Shown here piece by piece: positions 39,336 to 47,476 of a stretch of 49,714 nucleotides of DNA. The position numbers were made by a program, and so were the translations under genes. This DNA comes from an uncultured Rhizobium sp. (GTDB lineage Bacteria; Pseudomonadota; Alphaproteobacteria; Micropepsales; Micropepsaceae). Numbering within the stretch: position 1 is the stretch's first letter; each line of letters opens with the position of its first letter. The notes under the pieces are model-generated. The model did no database searches and was not told where the DNA came from. It worked only from the letters and a program-made list of their open reading frames with translations. The stretch covers positions 1 through 49,714 of the forward strand of contig CAYXMO010000001.1 of NCBI GenBank assembly GCA_964465935.1, written 5' to 3'.

Positions 39336-40277
39336 ATGACGGCGCGATACGCCCCCGAACATATCGAGACTTGGCGCCGCGACGGCGTGGTGCTGGTCCA
39401 CGACTTCTTCACTCCGGACGAGATCGCCGCGGTGCGCGCCGATTTCGAGACCGTGTTCGGGCGCACCGCCGGCGCCGCCGATGCCCTGAACAAGAAGAAG
39501 CCCGGCGAGATCGGGCGCTTCAACGACGCGCAGTTCGCGAGCTTCGAGGCGATCCCGTTCGACTGCTCGCCGGCGCTGAACCTGATCGGCGTGCATCCGG
39601 CGCTGATCGCCTTCGCCCGGGAGGCGCTGAACGCCAGCCGCGTCCATCTCTATCAATGCCAAGTGTGGGCGAAGTTCACCGGCGATGCCGACTACGACCA
39701 GCCCTTCCATTGTGACTTCGTCAATCACACTTTGACGGCGCCGTCGGAGGACGCGACGAAGAATTGCGTGACGATCCTGTGCTATTTCAGCGACGTCAGC
39801 GAAGCGCATGGCGCGATGCATTACGTCCGGCGCAGCGACAGCATCGCCTTCGCCGGACCGGACGCGACGCTGAGCCGCGATCCCAAGACGCAGGCGTCGC
39901 TGCAGGAGCAGTTGCAGCGCCATGAGCGCTCGAGCGCGGCGCCGGCGGGCACCATCGTTCCCTACGGCATCGACGTCTATCACCGCGGCACCAACCTGAC
40001 GGCGCCGGGCGGACACCGCTATGCGGTGATGGCCTGCTACAAGAAGGCGGGCGACGAGGCGGTCGGCTATCACGCCTGGCAGTTCCATCATTTGAAGCCC
40101 TGGCGGCGCATCTTCGAGCATGCGGCGCCGGAGCAGCTGGCCTGTTTCGGCGTGCAGATGCCGGGCGATCCGTTCTGGACCGAGACGACGCTGGCGCGGG
40201 CACAGGCGCGCTATCCCGGATGGGACCTTGGCCCTTATCGCGCGGCCCTGGCATCGCCGCGCCGCAGCAGCAAGTAG
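39336..40277 (+). CDS. Phytanoyl-CoA dioxygenase (PhyH) family Fe(II)/2OG dioxygenase
   Basis: WRRDGVVLVHDFFT, FHCD (HxD), DV...GAM, AGT....YHRG..N. Confidence 0.87.
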   Translation: MTARYAPEHIETWRRDGVVLVHDFFTPDEIAAVRADFETVFGRTAGAADALNKKKPGEIGRFNDAQFASFEAIPFDCSPALNLIGVHPALIAFAREALNASRVHLYQCQVWAKFTGDADYDQPFHCDFVNHTLTAPSEDATKNCVTILCYFSDVSEAHGAMHYVRRSDSIAFAGPDATLSRDPKTQASLQEQLQRHERSSAAPAGTIVPYGIDVYHRGTNLTAPGGHRYAVMACYKKAGDEAVGYHAWQFHHLKPWRRIFEHAAPEQLACFGVQMPGDPFWTETTLARAQARYPGWDLGPYRAALASPRRSSK

Positions 40278-40903
40278 AATTCGTAGCGGGCGCGGCTGCG
40301 TTGCGGCAGCAGCGCCTCAGACCGCGCGACGGCAAATCCGAGGTCTTCGAACAACGCCGCCACCGCTTCCTCGTCGTGATAGTAGCGCCCCAGGCCGGCG
40401 TTGCGCAGCGCAATGGCGCGATGGCCCAGCCACTGCGCGAAGCTGCGCGGCGGCGGCATGACGCGTATTCCCAGGATCACAGCGGTTCGGGTGACGCGCG
40501 CGATCTCGCGCAGGACTGCCGCCATGCCGCGAAAGTCGATCCAATTGACGAAGCGCACGCACAGTGCGGCGTCGACGCTTTTGTCCGCCAGTGGGAGGCT
40601 GCGGATGTCGCAGACGGCCAGCCTTGGAGCGATGCCGCGCGCCTGGGCTCCGGCCTTGGCCATGGCGAGCATATCGGCCGAGATGTCCATGCCGGTGGGC
40701 ACCAGGCCGAGCTTCGCATAGGATTCCAGAAAGCGTCCGGTCCCGGCCGGCACGTCCAGGATCGAGGTCCCCGGCGCGAACCCGGCGAGAAGCCGTTCGA
40801 CGATGGCTTGCTCCGCCGTCCATTCGGGCTCCTGCGCACGCACCGCGTCGTAGCGCAGCGCCCTGCCGCCGGCATAGCGCTTGGCAAGAGCTTCAAATCG
40901 CAC
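40235..40903 (-). CDS. Class I SAM methyltransferase (Methyltransf_11/25-like)
   Basis: LDVPAGTGR, GMDISADML, CDIRSLPLADKSVD; co-oriented with the wzy-like gene. Confidence 0.85.
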   Translation of the reverse strand: MRFEALAKRYAGGRALRYDAVRAQEPEWTAEQAIVERLLAGFAPGTSILDVPAGTGRFLESYAKLGLVPTGMDISADMLAMAKAGAQARGIAPRLAVCDIRSLPLADKSVDAALCVRFVNWIDFRGMAAVLREIARVTRTAVILGIRVMPPPRSFAQWLGHRAIALRNAGLGRYYHDEEAVAALFEDLGFAVARSEALLPQRSRARYEFYLLLRRGDARAAR

Positions 40904-40934
40904 CGCCCGATCCTTTCAAGGCAAGCTCCCCCCC

Positions 40935-42257
40935 TCAGATCGCCACCGAGGGCTCTTGTTGAAAATCGAACGAAGGCGCGGCGCGCTTGCGCAATTGCAG
41001 AAAGGCGATCAGGAGCCAGAAATGGGTGATCAGGCCGTTCGAGAATCCGATCGGCGTGTTGTCGAAGCTGAAGACGATGCCCAGCACGACGAAGGGGCCG
41101 GCCAGCAGCCAGCGGGCGTCCTCGGCGAGGCGAATATGCCGGCAGACGATGGCCGCCAGATAGCCCCATAGCCCGGCGAAAAACAGGCCGAAGAAATAGA
41201 AGTCGACATAGAGCGAACCGAACGCCGTCGGCAGAAATCCATAGGTGCCCAGCTGCATCAGCGAATCGAATCCGGCGCCGACGGCTGGTCCGTCGACCCG
41301 CCGCATGATCGCCGTCGCCAGATCGACGCCATAGACCCCGAGCTGGGCCGGGCCGTCATACTGCGAGAAAATCACGTTCGACATCACGATGCCCTGGACG
41401 GGATACCAGGCGCTCACGAAGAGCAGGAACGTCGCGGTGTCGCCCAGCAGGGCGAACAACAGCTCGGACAACGGGCCGTGAAATCCGATGCCCCAAGTCC
41501 GCTCGGCAACCGCGAACATGAAGGGGGCGCCGCCGGCGGCCTCGGCGCGGACCAGAAACACCACGGAAAAATAGGTGACGGCGCCGGCCAGGCCCAGAGC
41601 GATCCCGATCAAGGCCAGCCTTCGCGCCCAAGTTTTCCGGTCGGCCGCCGGCCGCGGCGCCGGCGGCCCGAAATAGCGGCGCCGGGCGCCCAGCGCGACC
41701 AGGCCCACCGCGATGGAATAGAAGAGCGGGCCGCGGCCGCCCATGCTCAGCGACGCCAGAAGCGGCAGAAAGAACCCGAAAAACACCAGCCGCACGGCCT
41801 GAATCTTCTCGTGGAAGATGATCTGGTTCGCGACATAGACATACCCCGCCGGGTAGAACAGAAACGCGATCTGAAACGCAATCGAGCTGTTCGACTGCGC
41901 GCCCCTGAGCAGCGCATCGGCGGCATCGGAGCGCTGCAGGTAGGTTGCGGCGAGATCGAAGATGTTCTTCTGCTGCACGTCGATCAGATAGAAGACGATC
42001 GCGATCAGCGCGGCGATTTCGAGCCACAAATCGGCCTGCGACGAGTCCAGACGCGGCATCGCGCGCGTCGCCAGGGCATCGCCGGGAACCGCCACCAGCG
42101 CCGTTCCGGCGCAGAACGCCGCCAGGAACAGCAGAAACACGGCCAGGCCATAGAGCGTCAGCGTCGTGCTGACGAGTTGAAAAGGCAGTACCAGGAAGGC
42201 GAGCCAGCACAGGAGCCAAACGCGGACCATCAACGTCGCCGGGTGCATGCTCAGCAT
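40935..42257 (-). CDS. Wzy-like oligosaccharide repeat-unit polymerase (putative)
   Basis: About 10-11 TMs; MGGRGPL, WYPVQG, LPTAFGSLYVDFYFFG (T.FG..Y.DFG-type Wzy motif). Confidence 0.65.
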   Translation of the reverse strand: MLSMHPATLMVRVWLLCWLAFLVLPFQLVSTTLTLYGLAVFLLFLAAFCAGTALVAVPGDALATRAMPRLDSSQADLWLEIAALIAIVFYLIDVQQKNIFDLAATYLQRSDAADALLRGAQSNSSIAFQIAFLFYPAGYVYVANQIIFHEKIQAVRLVFFGFFLPLLASLSMGGRGPLFYSIAVGLVALGARRRYFGPPAPRPAADRKTWARRLALIGIALGLAGAVTYFSVVFLVRAEAAGGAPFMFAVAERTWGIGFHGPLSELLFALLGDTATFLLFVSAWYPVQGIVMSNVIFSQYDGPAQLGVYGVDLATAIMRRVDGPAVGAGFDSLMQLGTYGFLPTAFGSLYVDFYFFGLFFAGLWGYLAAIVCRHIRLAEDARWLLAGPFVVLGIVFSFDNTPIGFSNGLITHFWLLIAFLQLRKRAAPSFDFQQEPSVAI

Positions 42258-42317
42258 CTGCGAACCCCAACCCTTCCCGCCCGTCCTTTTAGGCTCCCGC
42301 CCGCCGGCCGCGTCCCC

Positions 42318-42788
42318 TCAGCTTGCCGCGAAGACCTCGACGAACTGGCGCCGCGACTCCTCGCTGCCGAAATCGACCAGGCAGAGCCCGCGCTCGATCC
42401 GGCAGACATTGTTGGCCTTGGTCAGATCGCCATGCACCGGCACGCCGTACATCTTCAGGCGCATGGGCAGCCAGTGCCGCAGCTCGGCGTCGGTCGCCGG
42501 CAGGCAGCGTTCCTGTATCAGCACCGTGCCGGCCAGGCCGATTGCGATCACGCGCGCCAGGGGAAGGTCTTCATGCTTGGCGTAGAACAGCGCTTCTTCC
42601 CGATTGCACAGCACGCCTTGAAGCAGGTAGCGGAAAAGAGCGCTGGCCGGACGGGGATGGCGTTCGCTGCGGTATTGCCGCCAGGCCGCCAGGCACCACA
42701 GAATTTTGACTCGCGGCACTTTGATCGCGACCGGCCCGATCAAGAACACAATTCGGGTATCGCCCCACGCCAGACCCATAAGCAGCAC
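42318..42788 (-). CDS. Minimal protein-kinase-like (PKL) fold protein
   Basis: WGDTRIVF, VAIK, NREE, LIQER, HGDLTKAN (HxDxxxxN), VDFG. Start is GTG 42788 or ATG 42779. Confidence 0.62.
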   Translation of the reverse strand: MLLMGLAWGDTRIVFLIGPVAIKVPRVKILWCLAAWRQYRSERHPRPASALFRYLLQGVLCNREEALFYAKHEDLPLARVIAIGLAGTVLIQERCLPATDAELRHWLPMRLKMYGVPVHGDLTKANNVCRIERGLCLVDFGSEESRRQFVEVFAAS

Positions 42789-43062
42789 CTCAAGCCGCGG
42801 GAGCGCGCGCTTCGCGGACGCCGTTTGCGGCCGCCCGATCCGTGACGCTCGTCCCCGCGCATCGCTGCAAGACTAGCGGCGCGATGCTGTGCCGCAAGCC
42901 GTGTTCGGCGAACCGCACTGCCCATCCCCAAGGTTCTGCCGCCGGTGGATTTCGCGCACTCTCTGGGCTAGCTTGCATGGGTTGCGCCGTGCGCTGCGGC
43001 GCGCGCTTTCGCCTGGTGAAAGACCCCGCGTAGCCTTCGGGTTTCGTTCGAAATTGTCGGGA

Positions 43063-43117
43063 CGAATCGAAAGTCGGTGCCGCCGCATCGCGCCGCACGC
43101 CGGATCCTTTCGATTCG
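43063..43117 (+). repeat. Perfect 11-bp inverted repeat CGAATCGAAAG / CTTTCGATTCG with a 33-nt partly paired spacer, directly before the peptidase RBS
   Basis: Arms read directly at 43063-43073 and 43107-43117. Confidence 0.8.
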
Positions 43118-43133
43118 CCTTCAGGGGATGCCG

Positions 43134-45032
43134 ATGGCCGACACGCCTACCGATCCGCTGCGGATCGCCAAGCCGACCGAGCGGCCCCTGCGCGTCTATG
43201 CCTTCGATCCCGGCGCCGGGCGCTATGTCGGCAACCAGATGGTGGCGCGGGTCAAATACGAGAAGCTGGAGCCCGGTCCGGTCGGCGAACGCTTCGCGGT
43301 GATCGACTATGACGGCAAGCAGAAGGTCTATTACCCGCCGGTCGATCTCGACAATCCCTACATCGTCATGCGCCAGGGCCTCGACCCTTCGGAGGCCGAT
43401 CCGCGCTTCCACCAGCAGATGGTCTATGCCGTGGCGAGCGAGACGCTGCAGCGTTTCGAAGTCGCGCTCGGCCGCCGCCTGCATTGGGCGAAGTTCGACA
43501 AGCCGGTGGACGGCGGCAAGGGCAGCAAACCGCCCGCCAAGGCCGGCGATCCCGGCAAGGACCGCGTCCGCGACGTCCTGTTCCTCTATCCCCACGCCAT
43601 GGCCGACGCCAATGCGTTCTACAGCCGTGCCGCGCAGGGCATCCTGTTCGGCTATTTCCGCGCCAGCGCCAGCAATCCCGGCGACAACCTGCCCGGCCAG
43701 GTCATCTATTCCTGCCTGTCGCACGACGTCATCGCGCACGAGACGACGCATGCCATCCTGGACGGCATCCGCAGCTATTTCACCGAGCCGACCAATATCG
43801 ACGTCGCCGCGTTTCACGAAGCCTTCGCCGACCTCTCGGCCCTGTTCTGCCACTTCTCGCACAAGGAAGTGCTGCTCGACACGCTGATGAAGACCGGCGG
43901 GCGGCTGTTCGACGCCAAGCTGAAAGCCGAAGCGTTAGACGAAGACGGCAAGCCGCAGATCCAGGCGCAGATCGCGCAGATCAATCCCCTGGTGCAGCTG
44001 GCGCTGCAGTTCGGCGAGGGCTCGGGCATGAACCGGGGCCTGCGCCAGATGCTGGGCACGCTGCCCAATTCGAAGGACATCGAGACCCTGAGCGAGCCGC
44101 ACGACCGCGGCGCGATCCTGGTGGCGGCGGTGTTCGACGCCTATTTCACGATCTACACCCGGCGCACCGCCGATCTGTTCCGCATCTTCCGGGCCGGCGG
44201 CGGGCCGCTCAATCCCGTCGACCTGCCCGAAGCGCTGGCGGGGCGCCTGGCGCGCGAGGCGAGCCGCACGGCGGAGGAATTCTTCTCGATCTGCGCCCGG
44301 GCGCTCGACTATTGCCCGCCGGTCGACATCGAGTTCGGCGATTTCCTGCGCGCCATCGTCACGGCGCATGCCGACTTCTATCCCGCCGATCCCGACGGCG
44401 TGCGCGCCGCCTTCCTGGAAGCGTTCCGCCTGCGCGGCATCACGCCGAAGAACGCCGCGTCGCTCACCGAGGGCTCGGTGTGCTGGCCGCAGGTCGCCGA
44501 CAAGGCGCTGCCGCCGGTGCAAGGCCTGATCTTCGGCGATCCCAACGGGCTGACCAAGGACGAACAGGACCACAATGGCAGCCTGTTGCGCCGATACGCC
44601 AAGGACAACGCCGCGGCGCTGGGCTTCGGCGCGGATCACGGGCCGATCGCGGCGCCGTCCTTCCATCCGATCTTCCGCATCGGACCGCACGGCAACCTGA
44701 TTACCGACATGGTGGTGGAGCTGGTCGAGACCACCTATCTGCAGGACGACCAGGAGACCGGCCCTTATCCCTTCCGCAGCGGCGTCACGCTGCTGATCTG
44801 GCAGGAGTTCCTCGACAAGGGCAAGCGCGCCGAGCCCAGCATCCACTATGTGATCCCCAAGCACCGCACGCCGGAGCGCAAGAAGCGCCAGGCGGCGCAT
44901 TTCGCGATGCTGCCCCGCACCGGACGGCATGACGAGCACGACCACAGGCCGAAGAAGTCCGGCGCGCTCGACACCAAGGCGATCGACGGCGCCTGGCGGA
45001 TCGATTTCGGTCTCATCCACGCGGGGCTTTGA
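43134..45032 (+). CDS. Gluzincin (thermolysin/M4/M36-like) zinc metallopeptidase, no signal peptide
   Basis: NAFY, HDVIAHETTH (HExxH), FHEAFAD (third-ligand Glu), EPHDRG. Start is ATG 43134 or 43128 after AGGGG. Confidence 0.85.
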   Translation: MADTPTDPLRIAKPTERPLRVYAFDPGAGRYVGNQMVARVKYEKLEPGPVGERFAVIDYDGKQKVYYPPVDLDNPYIVMRQGLDPSEADPRFHQQMVYAVASETLQRFEVALGRRLHWAKFDKPVDGGKGSKPPAKAGDPGKDRVRDVLFLYPHAMADANAFYSRAAQGILFGYFRASASNPGDNLPGQVIYSCLSHDVIAHETTHAILDGIRSYFTEPTNIDVAAFHEAFADLSALFCHFSHKEVLLDTLMKTGGRLFDAKLKAEALDEDGKPQIQAQIAQINPLVQLALQFGEGSGMNRGLRQMLGTLPNSKDIETLSEPHDRGAILVAAVFDAYFTIYTRRTADLFRIFRAGGGPLNPVDLPEALAGRLAREASRTAEEFFSICARALDYCPPVDIEFGDFLRAIVTAHADFYPADPDGVRAAFLEAFRLRGITPKNAASLTEGSVCWPQVADKALPPVQGLIFGDPNGLTKDEQDHNGSLLRRYAKDNAAALGFGADHGPIAAPSFHPIFRIGPHGNLITDMVVELVETTYLQDDQETGPYPFRSGVTLLIWQEFLDKGKRAEPSIHYVIPKHRTPERKKRQAAHFAMLPRTGRHDEHDHRPKKSGALDTKAIDGAWRIDFGLIHAGL

Positions 45033-45034
45033 TC

Positions 45035-46459
45035 ATGGCTGCGAAGAAGAAAGCGAAGAAGAAGTCCGTCAAGAAGACGGTGAAAAAGAAGAAGAAGACG
45101 GCCAAGAAAGCCGTGCCGCACAAGAAGAAGGCGGCGCCGGCGAAGGTGCCCGCCGGCAAGCCGGGCAAGAATCCCACCGGCCTGCGCGTGCGGATGTACC
45201 GCGTCGGCTTCGGCGATTTCTTCCTGGTCACGGTGCCGACCGCCGCCGGCCCCAAGCACATCCTGATCGATTGCGGCGTGCATGCGAAAGACACGCATTC
45301 GATCGCCGCCGCGGTCGATCATATGGCTGAGGAGACCGGCAAGCACCTGGCGCTGATCGTCGTCACCCACCGCCACGCCGACCACGTCACCGGCTTTTCC
45401 AAGTGCAAGGAGGCCTTCAAGCAGTTCACCGTCGACCGCATCTGGATGTCCTGGTACGAGAATCCGAACGACAAGCAGGCGCTCGCGATCCAGTCCAACA
45501 TCGCCGCCGTGGCGCAGGACGTGCGCCAGTCGCTGGCGCTGCGCGCCCGCGGCGCCGACGACGAAGACTATGTCCACATGGTGGAAAACATCACCGAGGC
45601 GGCGATGAACGCCAAGGGTGGGGCGCAGAATCCGGGCGCCTTCGAAGTGCTGCACGGCTTTCCCAACAATCCGCCGATCGACTACTACAAGGCCGGCGAC
45701 ACGCCGACGCTGCCGCCGAGCCTGGCCGATAGCGGCCTGGGCGTGGAGATCCTGGGGCCGCCGACCGACCGCGCGATGCTCGGCAAGACCTCGGCCAAGG
45801 GCCAGGAATACATCGCCTCGGAAGCCGCGACGCTGTCGGGCCCGATCCATCCCTTCGCCGAGCAATTCGCCATCGTGGCCGGCGCATTCGACGCTCCGGT
45901 GCTCAAGCTGATTCCGCGCGCCGCGATCGAGCGCAGGGTAGCCGAGGTGCAGCCGGACATGCTGGCGGCCAAGGCCGGCATGGCCAACAACATGATCAAC
46001 AACCAGAGCCTGGTCACGCTGTTCAGCTTCAAGGGCAAGACCCTGCTGTTCGCCGGCGACGCGCAATGGGGCAATTGGGCGAACTTCCTGTATGGCGGCA
46101 AGATCGCGGACGACCTGGCGCCGGCGAGCAAGACGATCCTGGGGCAGCTCGACTTCTACAAGGTCGGCCATCACGGCAGCACCAACGCGACACCGATCGA
46201 CGCGCTGAAGGCGATGAAGGACGGCTGCGTCGCGATGTGCTCGACCGAGCCCAAGGCCTACAATCTGGTGCCCAAGCCGGCGCTGATCGCGGCGATCAAG
46301 CAAAAGACCGGCAACAAATTCGCGCGCAGCGACCAGGTGCTGGCGGGCGACAAGACCGCGATCACCGCCGAGGCCGGCACCGACCTGCCCGGCATTTTCA
46401 AGGCGAACACGGCCCAGAACGCGTCCGGCACCGCCGGCTATATCGACTATACGATGTAG
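45035..46459 (+). CDS. ComEC/Rec2-type metallo-beta-lactamase-fold hydrolase (probable nuclease) with a histone-H1-like Lys-rich N-terminus
   Basis: VGFGD, LIDCG, THRHADH, NNQSLV, FAGDA, KVGHHGS; 21 Lys in the first 45 residues; starts 2 nt after the peptidase stop. Confidence 0.85.
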   Translation: MAAKKKAKKKSVKKTVKKKKKTAKKAVPHKKKAAPAKVPAGKPGKNPTGLRVRMYRVGFGDFFLVTVPTAAGPKHILIDCGVHAKDTHSIAAAVDHMAEETGKHLALIVVTHRHADHVTGFSKCKEAFKQFTVDRIWMSWYENPNDKQALAIQSNIAAVAQDVRQSLALRARGADDEDYVHMVENITEAAMNAKGGAQNPGAFEVLHGFPNNPPIDYYKAGDTPTLPPSLADSGLGVEILGPPTDRAMLGKTSAKGQEYIASEAATLSGPIHPFAEQFAIVAGAFDAPVLKLIPRAAIERRVAEVQPDMLAAKAGMANNMINNQSLVTLFSFKGKTLLFAGDAQWGNWANFLYGGKIADDLAPASKTILGQLDFYKVGHHGSTNATPIDALKAMKDGCVAMCSTEPKAYNLVPKPALIAAIKQKTGNKFARSDQVLAGDKTAITAEAGTDLPGIFKANTAQNASGTAGYIDYTM

Positions 46460-46480
46460 GGCGCCCGGCGCCGTTTTTTT
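46460..46480 (+). terminator. Probable Rho-independent terminator
   Basis: GGCGC-CCG-GCGCC hairpin followed by G and T7, immediately after the MBL stop. Confidence 0.55.
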
Positions 46481-46585
46481 GCCCAATTTTTACAAGCCCT
46501 TGAACCGGCAGGCTTGGCCTTTGCCGGCGCGCGACGCATAAGCGGTGGAACTTTCGCGCCGCTCGCGCGCAGTAGAAGCACAAGA

Positions 46586-47476
46586 ATGGCTCTTTCCCCG
46601 TTGCGCAGTTTCCTGTCTCGCATCCCGTTCCGCCACGCCCCGCGCTGGCTGTTTCTGCTCGGGCTGGCTGCTGCCCTTTACTATGCGCCCGATCTGAGCC
46701 CGCGGCCGCCCAAGCCGGCCGCTGCCGTCGTGCACAAAAAGCCGCTGCCGCCGAAGAAGAAACCAGCCCTGCCCGCCAAGCCGCCGGCAGCCAGAGGCCC
46801 ATCGGCATTCCAGCAGGAAGAGGCGATGAGCCTGCGCGAATTGATGGTGCGCTGGGACCCGCTGGTGATGACGGCGTCCAAACGCTTCAAGGTGCCGGTC
46901 GCGTGGGTCCGCGCCGTGATGCGGATGGAGAGCGGCGGCCGCACCATGCTGGCGGAAGGAAAGCCGATCGTCTCGCCCGCCGGCGCGATGGGGATCATGC
47001 AGGTGATGCCGCAGACCTATGCGACGATGCGGGCGCTCTATGGCCTCGGCTCCGACCCGTTCGATCCGAGCGACAACATCACCGCGGGCACCGCCTATCT
47101 CGGCATCCTCTACAAGGCCTACGGCTATCCGCAGATGTTCGCGGCCTACAATGACGGGCCCAAGATGCTCGACGCGCACAATGCCGGCCTGCATCCCTGG
47201 CCGGCCGAGACCGTCAACTACGTCGCCGGCATCACCGCGATCTTGAGCGGCGGATCGCCCGGACGGGTCGGCGGCGCGCAGGTGCGCCTGACGCGGCCCG
47301 ACGGCGCGGCCGTGATGATCGACGCCGCGGCGGTAATGTCGGTGCGCGCCGCGCTGCCCGGCGAATACGCCCCGGGGGTGCAGACGGTGATCGCGATCCA
47401 GCGGATGCGCCAGGGCGTGCGCGAGAGCCTGGGCACGGTGCGCGCGATCATCCGCGCCCATGGCGGGCGAGTCTAG
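46586..47476 (+). CDS. Lytic transglycosylase (SLT domain) with an extra C-terminal domain
   Basis: N-terminal TM and K/P linker; RMESGG (catalytic Glu), GAMGIMQVMP, NITAG..YL, AAYNDGP. Confidence 0.9.
   Translation: MALSPLRSFLSRIPFRHAPRWLFLLGLAAALYYAPDLSPRPPKPAAAVVHKKPLPPKKKPALPAKPPAARGPSAFQQEEAMSLRELMVRWDPLVMTASKRFKVPVAWVRAVMRMESGGRTMLAEGKPIVSPAGAMGIMQVMPQTYATMRALYGLGSDPFDPSDNITAGTAYLGILYKAYGYPQMFAAYNDGPKMLDAHNAGLHPWPAETVNYVAGITAILSGGSPGRVGGAQVRLTRPDGAAVMIDAAAVMSVRAALPGEYAPGVQTVIAIQRMRQGVRESLGTVRAIIRAHGGRV

Noticed and set aside
45035-46459. MBL protein as an antibiotic beta-lactamase or a competence ComEC
   Set aside because: It has no signal peptide or membrane competence domain, and the GD and HHGS motifs are of the ComEC-like hydrolase type, not class B beta-lactamase.
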